From NCBI GenBank assembly GCA_040901865.1, contig JBBDYD010000191.1:3242-67241 (forward strand): a DNA stretch of 64,000 nt. Direction: 5' to 3'. The translations under genes were made by a program, and so were the position numbers. This document shows, piece by piece, positions 8,769 through 16,961 of the stretch. The stretch is from Bacteroidota bacterium (GTDB taxonomy: Bacteria; Bacteroidota; Ignavibacteria; UBA10030). The notes beneath the pieces were generated by a model. It had not been told where the DNA came from, made no database searches, and was given only the letters and a program-made list of their open reading frames with translations. Within the stretch, counting starts at the first letter, position 1, and each line of letters opens with the position of its first letter.

Positions 8769-10682
8769 ATGACATTCCGCCCAATCATCTTTGCCGTTTT
8801 GATTGTCGCCTACGGTGAAGCCCGCGCTCAAACATCGGCCTTGGAACAACGCACGACAGATTACCTACGACAGTCTTCTTCGGCAGTTCTTCTGTCAGCA
8901 ACACGCTATGTCCCGGTGATGCTCGGAAGAGGATACGGCACTTGGTCTTCCCCGGCCGGAAGAACTGTCATTGACGGAATGCCATTCGACGCCTTTCCTC
9001 TGAACCTCTCTTCTCCGGATTACGCGCCATTCGATTTGATCCTGGCGGATACCATTGAAATTTCTCAACACCCCTCCTTGACAGAAACGGGAAGTTTTCC
9101 GGGAGGAATGATTACCCTCAAGCGATCTGAAATTCCCGACTCCCTTGTCATTGCCGGAAGGCTCTACGGAGGAAGCGAAACCGGTGATGTTATTTTGCAG
9201 GAATACACCAGGGATAACCTTCCCTTCTTTAATAGAAACAAGATTGGCTTCTCCGGCGCTGCCGTTATTTCCGATCGTATCGATCGTTTTGCCTACAGAA
9301 TCATGGGAGGCGGGTTTTCGTATTTCTCGGTCGGTTATGCCGACAGGGATCGTATTCTCATTCCTTACATCGATTTGCCGACATTCTCAGAGCCGAACCG
9401 CAATTATGTCGGATCGTTGGAACTGGAATTCGGCAGAAACTTCTCCGTCGCCGCAGGGGTCAATGTGTTCGAGGCCTGGGAACAAGCTCCTTTTTTGCCA
9501 ACATTTGCTTTCTTTTCCGGTGCCCTTGGTTCGGTGCGGGTTTTCGCCCGGGAGCTGATCCCCTCTGTCGACCTCTTCGCCCGCCGTGACGCTGTATCAG
9601 TCACGATGCGTAGTCAACTCGGCACTGATGGCGGACAGTATGAAAGCTCGGTTGCATCCCTCAACCCGATCGTCCGGCTGGTATCCGGCGAGAACCTAAA
9701 GATCAGTCTCCCCTTTGAGATTACAGCCCATGCTGTTGATGTTCACGACCAGAACAGACAATTGTTCGATCGTGACATTGATCGGACCACGTGGTCCCTT
9801 GGACTCTCTGCCGATCTCGAATATTCCGCATGGCAGGGAACAGCGCAAGCCCGGTATGAAAAAGGCCTGAACGGATCGTTCCTGCGATCAGGCGATGTGA
9901 AGATTCGGATGAAACCGGGCGTTTCCGGGAATCTTGAACTTCATCTCAGCAGCGTCGAGCGGGCGCCTTCATTGTTGGAGATGTACGGAACTTTCTCAAC
10001 ATGGCGGTTCCGCCCGGCGCTGGCAGGCAATGACACGTTCAGAGTGAGAGGGACCTCTTCTCTGAAGCCCTCACGATCTTCCGGCGTTGAACTGCGCTTT
10101 GAACACAAAGGGTCTGTTGAATTCGGTGTAACGGCATTCTATTCGACAGCGGACAACCTCATCACCCGGCGGCCGCTTTCGATTATTCGCTCGGCATTTC
10201 CGGGGGATCTGGTTTTTTCCGGACAGTACGAGAATGTTCAGCGAAGGGTGTTTGGTGGAGTGGAAATCATGACATATTTAAACTTGTTCCCGGGAGTTCT
10301 CACCGAGGTTCGATACACGTACACGGAGAACCTCAGAGCGTCGGAAATCCCGCGCCATGAGGTACTACTCAAGAACACGTATCGGCTGGCAACACACACC
10401 ACCGCTCAAGTATCGTTGAGAGGCACTGCAAAGACTGTCTGGCCGGAGTTTGCGGTTGATCCGGCACAGGACGACAAGGACGGGATCGGATCAAACGGAG
10501 TTGTAACGGAACATTGGTCTGTCGACTGCTCCGTCGTTCAAAATCTCGGAGGGATCTTGTTTGGCAGGGATATAAGCGCGCGAGTCGAACTGCAGAACAT
10601 TCTCAATCGCACCTTCCGTACAATGCCCATCGGCGTGACGTACGATTTTGCAGTGATTGGGTATCTCTCCGTCCGGTTGTAA
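8769..10682 (+). CDS. TonB-dependent-receptor-like outer membrane barrel with a degenerate plug
   Basis: 637 aa with a signal peptide ending AYGEARAQ. Plug-like segment TVIDGMPFD...ADTIEISQHPS...GGMITLKRSE. Long beta-strand-rich C-terminal region. Confidence 0.65.
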   Translation: MTFRPIIFAVLIVAYGEARAQTSALEQRTTDYLRQSSSAVLLSATRYVPVMLGRGYGTWSSPAGRTVIDGMPFDAFPLNLSSPDYAPFDLILADTIEISQHPSLTETGSFPGGMITLKRSEIPDSLVIAGRLYGGSETGDVILQEYTRDNLPFFNRNKIGFSGAAVISDRIDRFAYRIMGGGFSYFSVGYADRDRILIPYIDLPTFSEPNRNYVGSLELEFGRNFSVAAGVNVFEAWEQAPFLPTFAFFSGALGSVRVFARELIPSVDLFARRDAVSVTMRSQLGTDGGQYESSVASLNPIVRLVSGENLKISLPFEITAHAVDVHDQNRQLFDRDIDRTTWSLGLSADLEYSAWQGTAQARYEKGLNGSFLRSGDVKIRMKPGVSGNLELHLSSVERAPSLLEMYGTFSTWRFRPALAGNDTFRVRGTSSLKPSRSSGVELRFEHKGSVEFGVTAFYSTADNLITRRPLSIIRSAFPGDLVFSGQYENVQRRVFGGVEIMTYLNLFPGVLTEVRYTYTENLRASEIPRHEVLLKNTYRLATHTTAQVSLRGTAKTVWPEFAVDPAQDDKDGIGSNGVVTEHWSVDCSVVQNLGGILFGRDISARVELQNILNRTFRTMPIGVTYDFAVIGYLSVRL

Positions 10683-10748
10683 TGTCGCGTCGTGGAGAGG
10701 TTTATCGGGAAAATTTAGTACATTCACGAACATTCTTTTTGGAGGTAT

Positions 10749-11285
10749 ATGATTCTTTCCGACAGCCAAATTCTCCGTGAAATGGACAAGGGGAGCATCG
10801 TCGTCCGGCCATATAACCGGAAGTTCCTTGGATCCAACAGCTACGACGTCCACCTGGGAGTGTGGCTGGCGATGTACAACGAAGAAATCCTCGATTGCAG
10901 AAGGCACAACGACATCCATTATTTCAAGATTCCGAAAGAGGGACTGATCCTTGTTCCCAGCAAGCTCTATCTCGGAGTAACAGAAGAGTACACCGAAACA
11001 CACAAACATGTGCCGTTCCTCGAGGGGAAAAGCAGTATCGGCCGGCTGGGAATCGATATTCACGCCACCGCGGGTAAGGGAGATGTCGGATTCTGCAACA
11101 CCTGGACTCTTGAGATTTCCGTGCGTCAACCCGTCCGGATTTATGCAGGAATGCCCATCGGACAGCTGATTTACTTTGAAATTTCGGGAGAGGTCGAGAT
11201 TCCGTACTCCCGGAAGAAGGGCGCCAAGTATAACAAACGCAGTGTCAAGCCGGTGGAATCGATGATGTGGAAGAATTTCAAATGA
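10749..11285 (+). CDS. dcd: dCTP deaminase
   Basis: 178 aa. N-terminus MILSDSQI and EGKSSIGRLGI motif of the dUTPase-fold Dcd family. GGAGG RBS 6 nt upstream. Confidence 0.93.
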   Translation: MILSDSQILREMDKGSIVVRPYNRKFLGSNSYDVHLGVWLAMYNEEILDCRRHNDIHYFKIPKEGLILVPSKLYLGVTEEYTETHKHVPFLEGKSSIGRLGIDIHATAGKGDVGFCNTWTLEISVRQPVRIYAGMPIGQLIYFEISGEVEIPYSRKKGAKYNKRSVKPVESMMWKNFK

Positions 11286-11304
11286 CCGGGATTGAAACAC
11301 GATC

Positions 11305-12129
11305 ATGAGTTTTGTGGAATCGTTGCGGAAGATCCAGGAAGACCAAAATTCGCTTCTCTGCATAGGCCTGGATAGCGATCCCGACCTCCTTCCGCCCCAT
11401 CTGGGTAGAACACCCGAATCAGTTCTGGAATTCAACAAGAAGGTAATCGAGGCGACAAAAGATCTCGTCTGCAGCTACAAACTTAACCTGGCGTTTTATG
11501 AGGCCCTTGGATCCGAAGGTTGGAAAATCCTCCAGAGCACAATCTCCCTCATTCCCGAGACGCTCCTTGTAATCGGGGATGCGAAGCGGGGCGATATTGG
11601 TAACACCGCTGACAGGTATGCATCGGCCCTTCTGGCAGATTTGAAATTTGGCGCAGTGACGGTGAATCCTTACATGGGATTCGACTCGGTTGAACCGTTT
11701 CTGAAGTACCGTGAACGGGGGGTTTTCCTGCTCGCACTAACTTCCAATCCGGGGTCAAAGGACTTTCAACGGCTCAAGATCGGTCAAACGCCGCTGTATG
11801 AAAAGATTGTCAGCGCGGCAAAGAAATGGAACAGTAACGATAATCTTGGATTCGTTGTCGGAGCGACTCATCCAAGGGAATTGAAGAAAATCCGTTCAAT
11901 GGTTCCGACCCTGCCACTTCTCATTCCAGGGATTGGTAAGCAGGGAGGCGACCTCCGCTCGGTCGTACGCTACGGATGCGATCGAAAGGGCCTAACGGCC
12001 GTTATCAATGTGGGGCGTTCAATTATCTATTCTTCTCGTGATCCGGATTTTACAACTACTGTACGGAAGGAAGCAATGGCGGTCCGGGACGAGATTCGAA
12101 TGTATCAGGCTGAATTTTTTGGGGGATAA
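11305..12129 (+). CDS. pyrF: Orotidine 5'-phosphate decarboxylase (type 2)
   Basis: 274 aa with the type-2 PyrF signature DAKRGDIGNTA. Confidence 0.93.
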   Translation: MSFVESLRKIQEDQNSLLCIGLDSDPDLLPPHLGRTPESVLEFNKKVIEATKDLVCSYKLNLAFYEALGSEGWKILQSTISLIPETLLVIGDAKRGDIGNTADRYASALLADLKFGAVTVNPYMGFDSVEPFLKYRERGVFLLALTSNPGSKDFQRLKIGQTPLYEKIVSAAKKWNSNDNLGFVVGATHPRELKKIRSMVPTLPLLIPGIGKQGGDLRSVVRYGCDRKGLTAVINVGRSIIYSSRDPDFTTTVRKEAMAVRDEIRMYQAEFFGG

Positions 12130-12147
12130 GCAGAATCTAAGCTTCTC

Positions 12148-12215
12148 ATCTGCGATATCCGCTCCATCTGTGAAATCTGAAATCTGCGTCTAAATCCGTA
12201 AAATCTGCGAAAATC
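12148..12215. repeat. Cluster of degenerate (A)ATC(T/C)G(C/T)G short repeats between pyrF and the DUF2851 gene
   Basis: ATCTGCG-like motif at 12148, 12166, 12175, 12182, 12194 and 12203. Includes the tandem TGAAATC TGAAATC at 12171-12184. Confidence 0.45.
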
Positions 12216-12318
12216 ACCCGGGGGGTGTATCATCCGCGAATCATTTCTCCATCTCATTTGGCAGCAGCAACACTTCCGTTCCGCTGATCTTGTTACATCA
12301 GACGGAACACCAATTGGA

Positions 12319-13698
12319 GTGTTTGAGCCCGGAACGCCGAACGAAGACGGCGGACCGGATTTTCGTAATGCGAGAATCCGAATCGGCCCCACCGTTTTTG
12401 TTGGTGATGTCGAGATTCACAGGGGTGTTGCAGAATGGCTCCAGCACGGTCATCAATCAGATCCCGCTTACAACGGCGTCATCCTCCATGTAGTGTTTGA
12501 CGGCAGTCCCCTGCAGTTCCCAACGGTTGTGCAGAGCGGCAGAACGGTGCCTGTTCTGATTCTGAGGAGGTTCCTTTCTGAGTCCTTTGAACGGCTTGAG
12601 ACCTTGGCCGCGGAAGACGCTGAGCATTCTCATGGAACAGTCCTCAAATGCGCAGAACGGAATTCAAACATTGGCAGCGATGTTCTGAAACAGTGGATTG
12701 GGAAACTGGCCCGGGAGCGATTGGAGCTGAAAGTGCGACGGTTTGAAGAGCGTTTGCGCGAGCTGGCGCATCAAAAACTTCATGTTGCCGAACAAAACCG
12801 TTCCTACGGCGCCCACGAACCTGAAAGTATTCCTGACACGTTTTCCGGGTTAACACAACATCAATTATCCGACAGAGGGCTCTGGGACCAGCTCCTCTAC
12901 GAAGGAATCATGGATGGTCTGGGCTATTCGAAGAATCGCGAGCCGTTTGTGAAGCTTGCTCGGAACGTTTCTTTGAAGATCGTGCAATCGCTGAATCCGT
13001 CCAATGATTGCCTGGTATCAGAGGCGCTTCTCCTCGGTGTTGCAGGGCTTTTGCCGCAGGTCAGGATTCTTCGCGAAAACTCATCCCGTGACTATGTACG
13101 CGTTTTGCGCCGTCACTGGCGTTCGATCAGAAAAGCAGTTTCATGCGAACGGTTGCATGAGGCCGAATGGCAATTTTTTCCCACGCGTCCCGGTAATTTT
13201 CCCACCGTCCGTATTGCCGCGGCTTCGGTCATGGTTCAGAAAATTCTATCCGGAGACCTATTCCGAACGATCATTCAAATCGTCAAATCATCCGCGCCTC
13301 AATGCCTTTCTCATCTCATTGAGACTTTTTCCGTTAGGCCCGGAGACTTTTGGAAATCGCACTATCATTTCGATGCACCTTCCGGAAAGCCGCTCAATCC
13401 TCTCGGGCGCTCACGTGCGTCCGATATCGTCGCCAACACCTATCTTCCGCTTTCACTGTTATATTCACGCATATTTCACGATCCGCTCGCGCGAAAGAAC
13501 ACCCTGGATCTCTACGAGGCGTTTCCGCCGCTTTCCTCCAACCTCGTTCTTCGGCGAATGGAACAACAACTCCTCCGGGCAAAACTCAATCTTTCGTCAA
13601 TGCGCTTACAACAGGGGGCCATCCAACTGTGGCGTTCCTATTGCAGTGAGGGGCGCTGTTCAGAGTGCGATGTAGGAAAAATAGTTTTCAAGGCGTAA
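12319..13698 (+). CDS. DUF2851 family protein; the true start is probably upstream of the first canonical start codon
   Basis: 459 aa from GTG 12319. Family-typical GPDF..A.I.I...GDVEIH..A.W..HGH and ...VILHVV. The conserved N-terminal motif ESFLHLIWQQQHFR is encoded in frame at 12238-12279. No ATG, GTG or TTG lies between the in-frame stop at 12199-12201 and this motif. Confidence 0.8.
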   Translation: MFEPGTPNEDGGPDFRNARIRIGPTVFVGDVEIHRGVAEWLQHGHQSDPAYNGVILHVVFDGSPLQFPTVVQSGRTVPVLILRRFLSESFERLETLAAEDAEHSHGTVLKCAERNSNIGSDVLKQWIGKLARERLELKVRRFEERLRELAHQKLHVAEQNRSYGAHEPESIPDTFSGLTQHQLSDRGLWDQLLYEGIMDGLGYSKNREPFVKLARNVSLKIVQSLNPSNDCLVSEALLLGVAGLLPQVRILRENSSRDYVRVLRRHWRSIRKAVSCERLHEAEWQFFPTRPGNFPTVRIAAASVMVQKILSGDLFRTIIQIVKSSAPQCLSHLIETFSVRPGDFWKSHYHFDAPSGKPLNPLGRSRASDIVANTYLPLSLLYSRIFHDPLARKNTLDLYEAFPPLSSNLVLRRMEQQLLRAKLNLSSMRLQQGAIQLWRSYCSEGRCSECDVGKIVFKA

Positions 13699-13708
13699 AT
13701 TACGCCCT

Positions 13709-14626
13709 ATGCCGGAATTGCCGGATATCATCGTCTATCGTGAGGCCCTCGAGCAACGGACGCTGGGTGCGACTCTCACTTCCATCCGGCTCGGGAATCC
13801 ATTTCTTCTCCGATCCGTTTCTCCGCAACCGTCCGAGGCTACGGGTCGGAACGTGGTGGGATTACGTCGTCTGGGAAAGCGCATTGTCTTCCAATTGGAA
13901 GGCGATATGTTCCTTGTGCTCCATTTGATGATCGCAGGCCGCCTGCACTGGAAGCCCTCAGGAGCAAAAATTCCCGGGAAGATCGGACTGGCGGCATTTG
14001 ATTTCACGTCTGGAACACTGACTCTGACGGAAGCCGGAACAAAAAAACGTGCCTCGTTGCATATTGTGGCGGGAGAAGAAAATCTGAAAGCACTGGATCG
14101 CGGTGGGATGGATGTCGAAACAGGGACGGAGATGGAATTCGCAAGCCGTTTGACACTCGAGAATCACACATTAAAGAGGTCGCTTACGGATCCTCGCCTT
14201 TTCAGCGGGATTGGGAACTCCTATTCGGACGAGATTTTGCACCGGTCAAAACTTTCACCTCTCCGGCTTACCCGGCAAATGACGAACGAGGAAATCGGAA
14301 TGCTATTCCGGTCCATCAAGGAGGTGTTTTCGGAATGGACGGAGCGGCTCCGAAAAGACGCTGGAAATGAATTTCCGGAACACGTCACAGCGTTTCGCAA
14401 GGAAATGGCTGTGCACGGGAAGTTCAATCTACCATGTCCTGTGTGCGGAACAGAAGTTCAGCGGATTGTCTATGCGGAAAATGAATGCAATTACTGCCCC
14501 CGGTGCCAGACGGGCGGAAAACTGTTGGCGGACCGTGCATTCTCGAGACTCCTCAAAAACGATTGGCCGAAAACGATTGAGGAACTGGAAGCGGGCAGCG
14601 GGCTGAAAAGCGTGGAATCCCAATGA
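13709..14626 (+). CDS. Fpg/Nei family DNA glycosylase/AP lyase
   Basis: 305 aa. N-terminal MPELPD (catalytic Pro2/Glu3) and a C-terminal zinc finger CPVCGTEVQRIVYAENECNYCPRC. Confidence 0.9.
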   Translation: MPELPDIIVYREALEQRTLGATLTSIRLGNPFLLRSVSPQPSEATGRNVVGLRRLGKRIVFQLEGDMFLVLHLMIAGRLHWKPSGAKIPGKIGLAAFDFTSGTLTLTEAGTKKRASLHIVAGEENLKALDRGGMDVETGTEMEFASRLTLENHTLKRSLTDPRLFSGIGNSYSDEILHRSKLSPLRLTRQMTNEEIGMLFRSIKEVFSEWTERLRKDAGNEFPEHVTAFRKEMAVHGKFNLPCPVCGTEVQRIVYAENECNYCPRCQTGGKLLADRAFSRLLKNDWPKTIEELEAGSGLKSVESQ

Positions 14627-15693
14627 CACTCGAATCACTTGGCTGGAATCCGGTCTTTGCGGAGGCCTTCAAGGCCTATGAAGGGCGGGATCTCATTCCC
14701 GGGCGTATTGCGCTTCAGCATCGGACGTACTACAGCATTCTCTCCGAGATCGGTGAACTCAGAGGCGAGGTCACGGGGAAAATGGAATATCTTGCCTCTG
14801 GGCCGCAGGACCTCCCGGCAGTCGGAGACTGGGTCGTCCTTCATCCGCGTCCCGAAGAATCAACCGCCACTATTGTCGATCTCCTTCCCAGAAGAACAAA
14901 ATTCTCGCGCAAAGTTGCCGGTCGAAAAACAGAGGAACAAATCGTCGCCGCAAATGTGGACGTGGTGTTCATTGTCAGCGGACTGGATCATGATTTTAAT
15001 CTCCGGCGGATTGAGCGTTACCTCGTTCTCTCGCGGCAAAGCGGTGCCAACCCCGTAATCCTCCTGAACAAGGCAGATCTTCGCGACGATCACAAAGAAA
15101 TCCGAAAAGCAATTGCACTAATCGCGGGGGACATCCCCGTGATCTTGGCCAGCGCTTTGAAGGACAAGGGGCTTGATGCGATTGCACATCATTTAAAGCC
15201 CGGGTGTACAGGCGCCTTGCTGGGTTCATCCGGTGTCGGAAAAACGACGATCATCAACCATCTCCTGGGTTCCACCCGCAAGACCGCGGAAGTCCGGGAA
15301 AACGACAGCAGGGGAAGGCATACCACTTCGGCGCGGGAATTGATTCTGCTTCCCTCGGGCGGCCTTTTGATCGATACACCCGGCATGAGGGAGCTTCAGC
15401 TATGGGGAGAGGCGGAGGGAGTTGATGAAACATTCGAAGACATCGAAGAACTTGAACGCCAATGCAAATTCAGGGATTGTTCGCATGATGTCGAGCCGGG
15501 GTGTGAAATACGGGCTGCACTGGAGAAAGGAATTCTGGAGCCGGAACGATATGAGAGCTACAAAAAATTACTACGGGAACTCGCCTATCACAACCGAAAA
15601 TACAACGAGGTGGAGCAACGAAAGGAAAAAGAGCGGATTAAGAAACGTACGTCACAATTCAAGCGAAATTTCCCCAAGGGAAAGCGATCGTGA
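14623..15693 (+). CDS. rsgA: Ribosome small-subunit-dependent GTPase A
   Basis: 356 aa. Circularly permuted GTPase motifs NKADL, GSSGVGKTT and DTPG. Zinc finger CKFRDCSHDVEPGC. ATGA overlap with the upstream gene. Confidence 0.93.
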   Translation: MTLESLGWNPVFAEAFKAYEGRDLIPGRIALQHRTYYSILSEIGELRGEVTGKMEYLASGPQDLPAVGDWVVLHPRPEESTATIVDLLPRRTKFSRKVAGRKTEEQIVAANVDVVFIVSGLDHDFNLRRIERYLVLSRQSGANPVILLNKADLRDDHKEIRKAIALIAGDIPVILASALKDKGLDAIAHHLKPGCTGALLGSSGVGKTTIINHLLGSTRKTAEVRENDSRGRHTTSARELILLPSGGLLIDTPGMRELQLWGEAEGVDETFEDIEELERQCKFRDCSHDVEPGCEIRAALEKGILEPERYESYKKLLRELAYHNRKYNEVEQRKEKERIKKRTSQFKRNFPKGKRS

Positions 15694-16070
15694 ATGAAAA
15701 ACGCCTTCACCTGATCGTTGGAATCAGCAATATGCGAATGGAATTTCCGGATCTTTACGCAGGAAACGAAGCGATTCGATATCTGTTTCGCGCGAACCAC
15801 GTTTACATTCTCTTCTGCGGGCTGCTGAACGTGGTTGCAGGTCTCTACCTGTCAGCGTCGGAAAGCAGGTGGAGGAGAATGCTTCAGCGGACGGGATCAT
15901 GGCTGCTTCTCGCTTCGGCGCCCGTGTTTCTCGCCGCGTTTGTCGTTGAACCAATGCAAGCCAGCCCTCTGCGGCCGCTCACCGTGACCGCTGCTTTTTT
16001 TGCACTCGTTAGTGTCGGATTGCATTTCCTGGCAACAGCCGTCCGTTCACGAAGCGACAAGAACAGATGA
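15690..16070 (+). CDS. Hypothetical membrane protein
   Basis: 126 aa from a GTG start overlapping the rsgA stop (GTGA). About 3 TM helices. No recognisable family. Confidence 0.5.
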   Translation: MNEKRLHLIVGISNMRMEFPDLYAGNEAIRYLFRANHVYILFCGLLNVVAGLYLSASESRWRRMLQRTGSWLLLASAPVFLAAFVVEPMQASPLRPLTVTAAFFALVSVGLHFLATAVRSRSDKNR

Positions 16071-16283
16071 TCAGGAAGTGCCTCCTGTGGAACGCGGTCC
16101 CCTGAGAATGCGGGCTGGAAGCAAGATCAGCGATTTCAGAAATTCAAACACTCCGTGAAATGCGATGCCGATGAGCCTGAACGGAAGCAGAATCAGCCAC
16201 ACCAGGGGGTACAAAACGAGTGCCAGAAGAGCAACCGGCCAGCAGACCACAAGAAGGATCAGCCAAAGAAGAAACGTTGTCAT
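16071..16283 (-). CDS. Small hydrophobic membrane protein (70 aa)
   Basis: Two TM helices rich in W, P and L (LLWLILLVVCWPVALLALVLYPLVWLILLPF). Convergent with the previous gene with no intergenic nucleotides. Confidence 0.5.
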   Translation of the reverse strand: MTTFLLWLILLVVCWPVALLALVLYPLVWLILLPFRLIGIAFHGVFEFLKSLILLPARILRGPRSTGGTS

Positions 16284-16376
16284 GTTCTCTCTTACGGTTC
16301 AGAGAGAATGGGGTTTCAGAATGAATCCTATTATCATAAATTAGATCATTTGAAACGAACGTAAAGGGCTGTCATC

Positions 16377-16841
16377 ATGGACCATCGAATCATCGAACTT
16401 CTTCGTCAGCGCACGAGAGTTTCCTTTCCGGTTGAAGAAGACGACCGGACGTTCGAAATGCTCCTGGCTGCCTGCGCACTGCTTCTTGAACTCGCCTCTG
16501 CCGATGGGGAGTTTACGCATGAGGAACGGAAACGGATTTACGCCCTTTTCCGGGACGAATACCAGATGTTCACAGAGGATATCGAGGAATTGATCGATCT
16601 GACAGAGCAGGCCGTTGGATACGGAAAAGAAGATGAGGAATTTACGGCCATTGTCAATGCAGAATACTCGATACACGAAAAAATGCATCTTGTTGAACTG
16701 ATGTGGAAGATTGTCTTCGCCGATGGTGTTCTGGATGAGAGGGAGTCGAAGCTGGTTGAGACATTGGCAGGGAAACTGGGGATTTCACACAAGGAAATTC
16801 GGAACGCAGGCACGCGAACGGGGTTCAATCCCCCGGGATAG
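16377..16841 (+). CDS. TerB-like (tellurite-resistance/DjlA N-terminal type) protein
   Basis: 154 aa. Two TerB-type helical repeats, ADGEFTHEERKRI and ADGVLDERESKLVETLAGKLGIS. Confidence 0.75.
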   Translation: MDHRIIELLRQRTRVSFPVEEDDRTFEMLLAACALLLELASADGEFTHEERKRIYALFRDEYQMFTEDIEELIDLTEQAVGYGKEDEEFTAIVNAEYSIHEKMHLVELMWKIVFADGVLDERESKLVETLAGKLGISHKEIRNAGTRTGFNPPG

Positions 16842-16905
16842 AAAAACAGGCAACCGCCTCGGGGAGATTCCAGCGGTTGCCGTCATTGAACGATTTCATC
16901 TCAAC

Positions 16906-16931
16906 AAAAAAGCCCGGATCGAAATCCGGGC
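16906..16931 (-). terminator. Intrinsic terminator of the ABC-F gene
   Basis: 8-bp stem GCCCGGAT/ATCCGGGC with a CGAA loop, followed on the minus-strand transcript by U6 (A-run 16906-16911). A second 9-bp hairpin (16849-16857 pairing with 16873-16881) follows the TerB gene. Confidence 0.6.
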
Positions 16932-16961
16932 CTGGTTTAAAAAAACACTCTAGAACTGAAT

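Noticed and set aside
10491-11438. 315-aa minus-strand ORF
   Set aside because: It is antisense to dcd and the start of pyrF, both of which have unmistakable motifs. This is a typical shadow ORF.
16815-16835. tRNA-like T-arm sequence CGGGGTTCAATCCCCCG
   Set aside because: It lies inside the 3' end of the TerB-like CDS. No matching acceptor stem, D-arm or anticodon arm can be drawn in the preceding ~60 nt.
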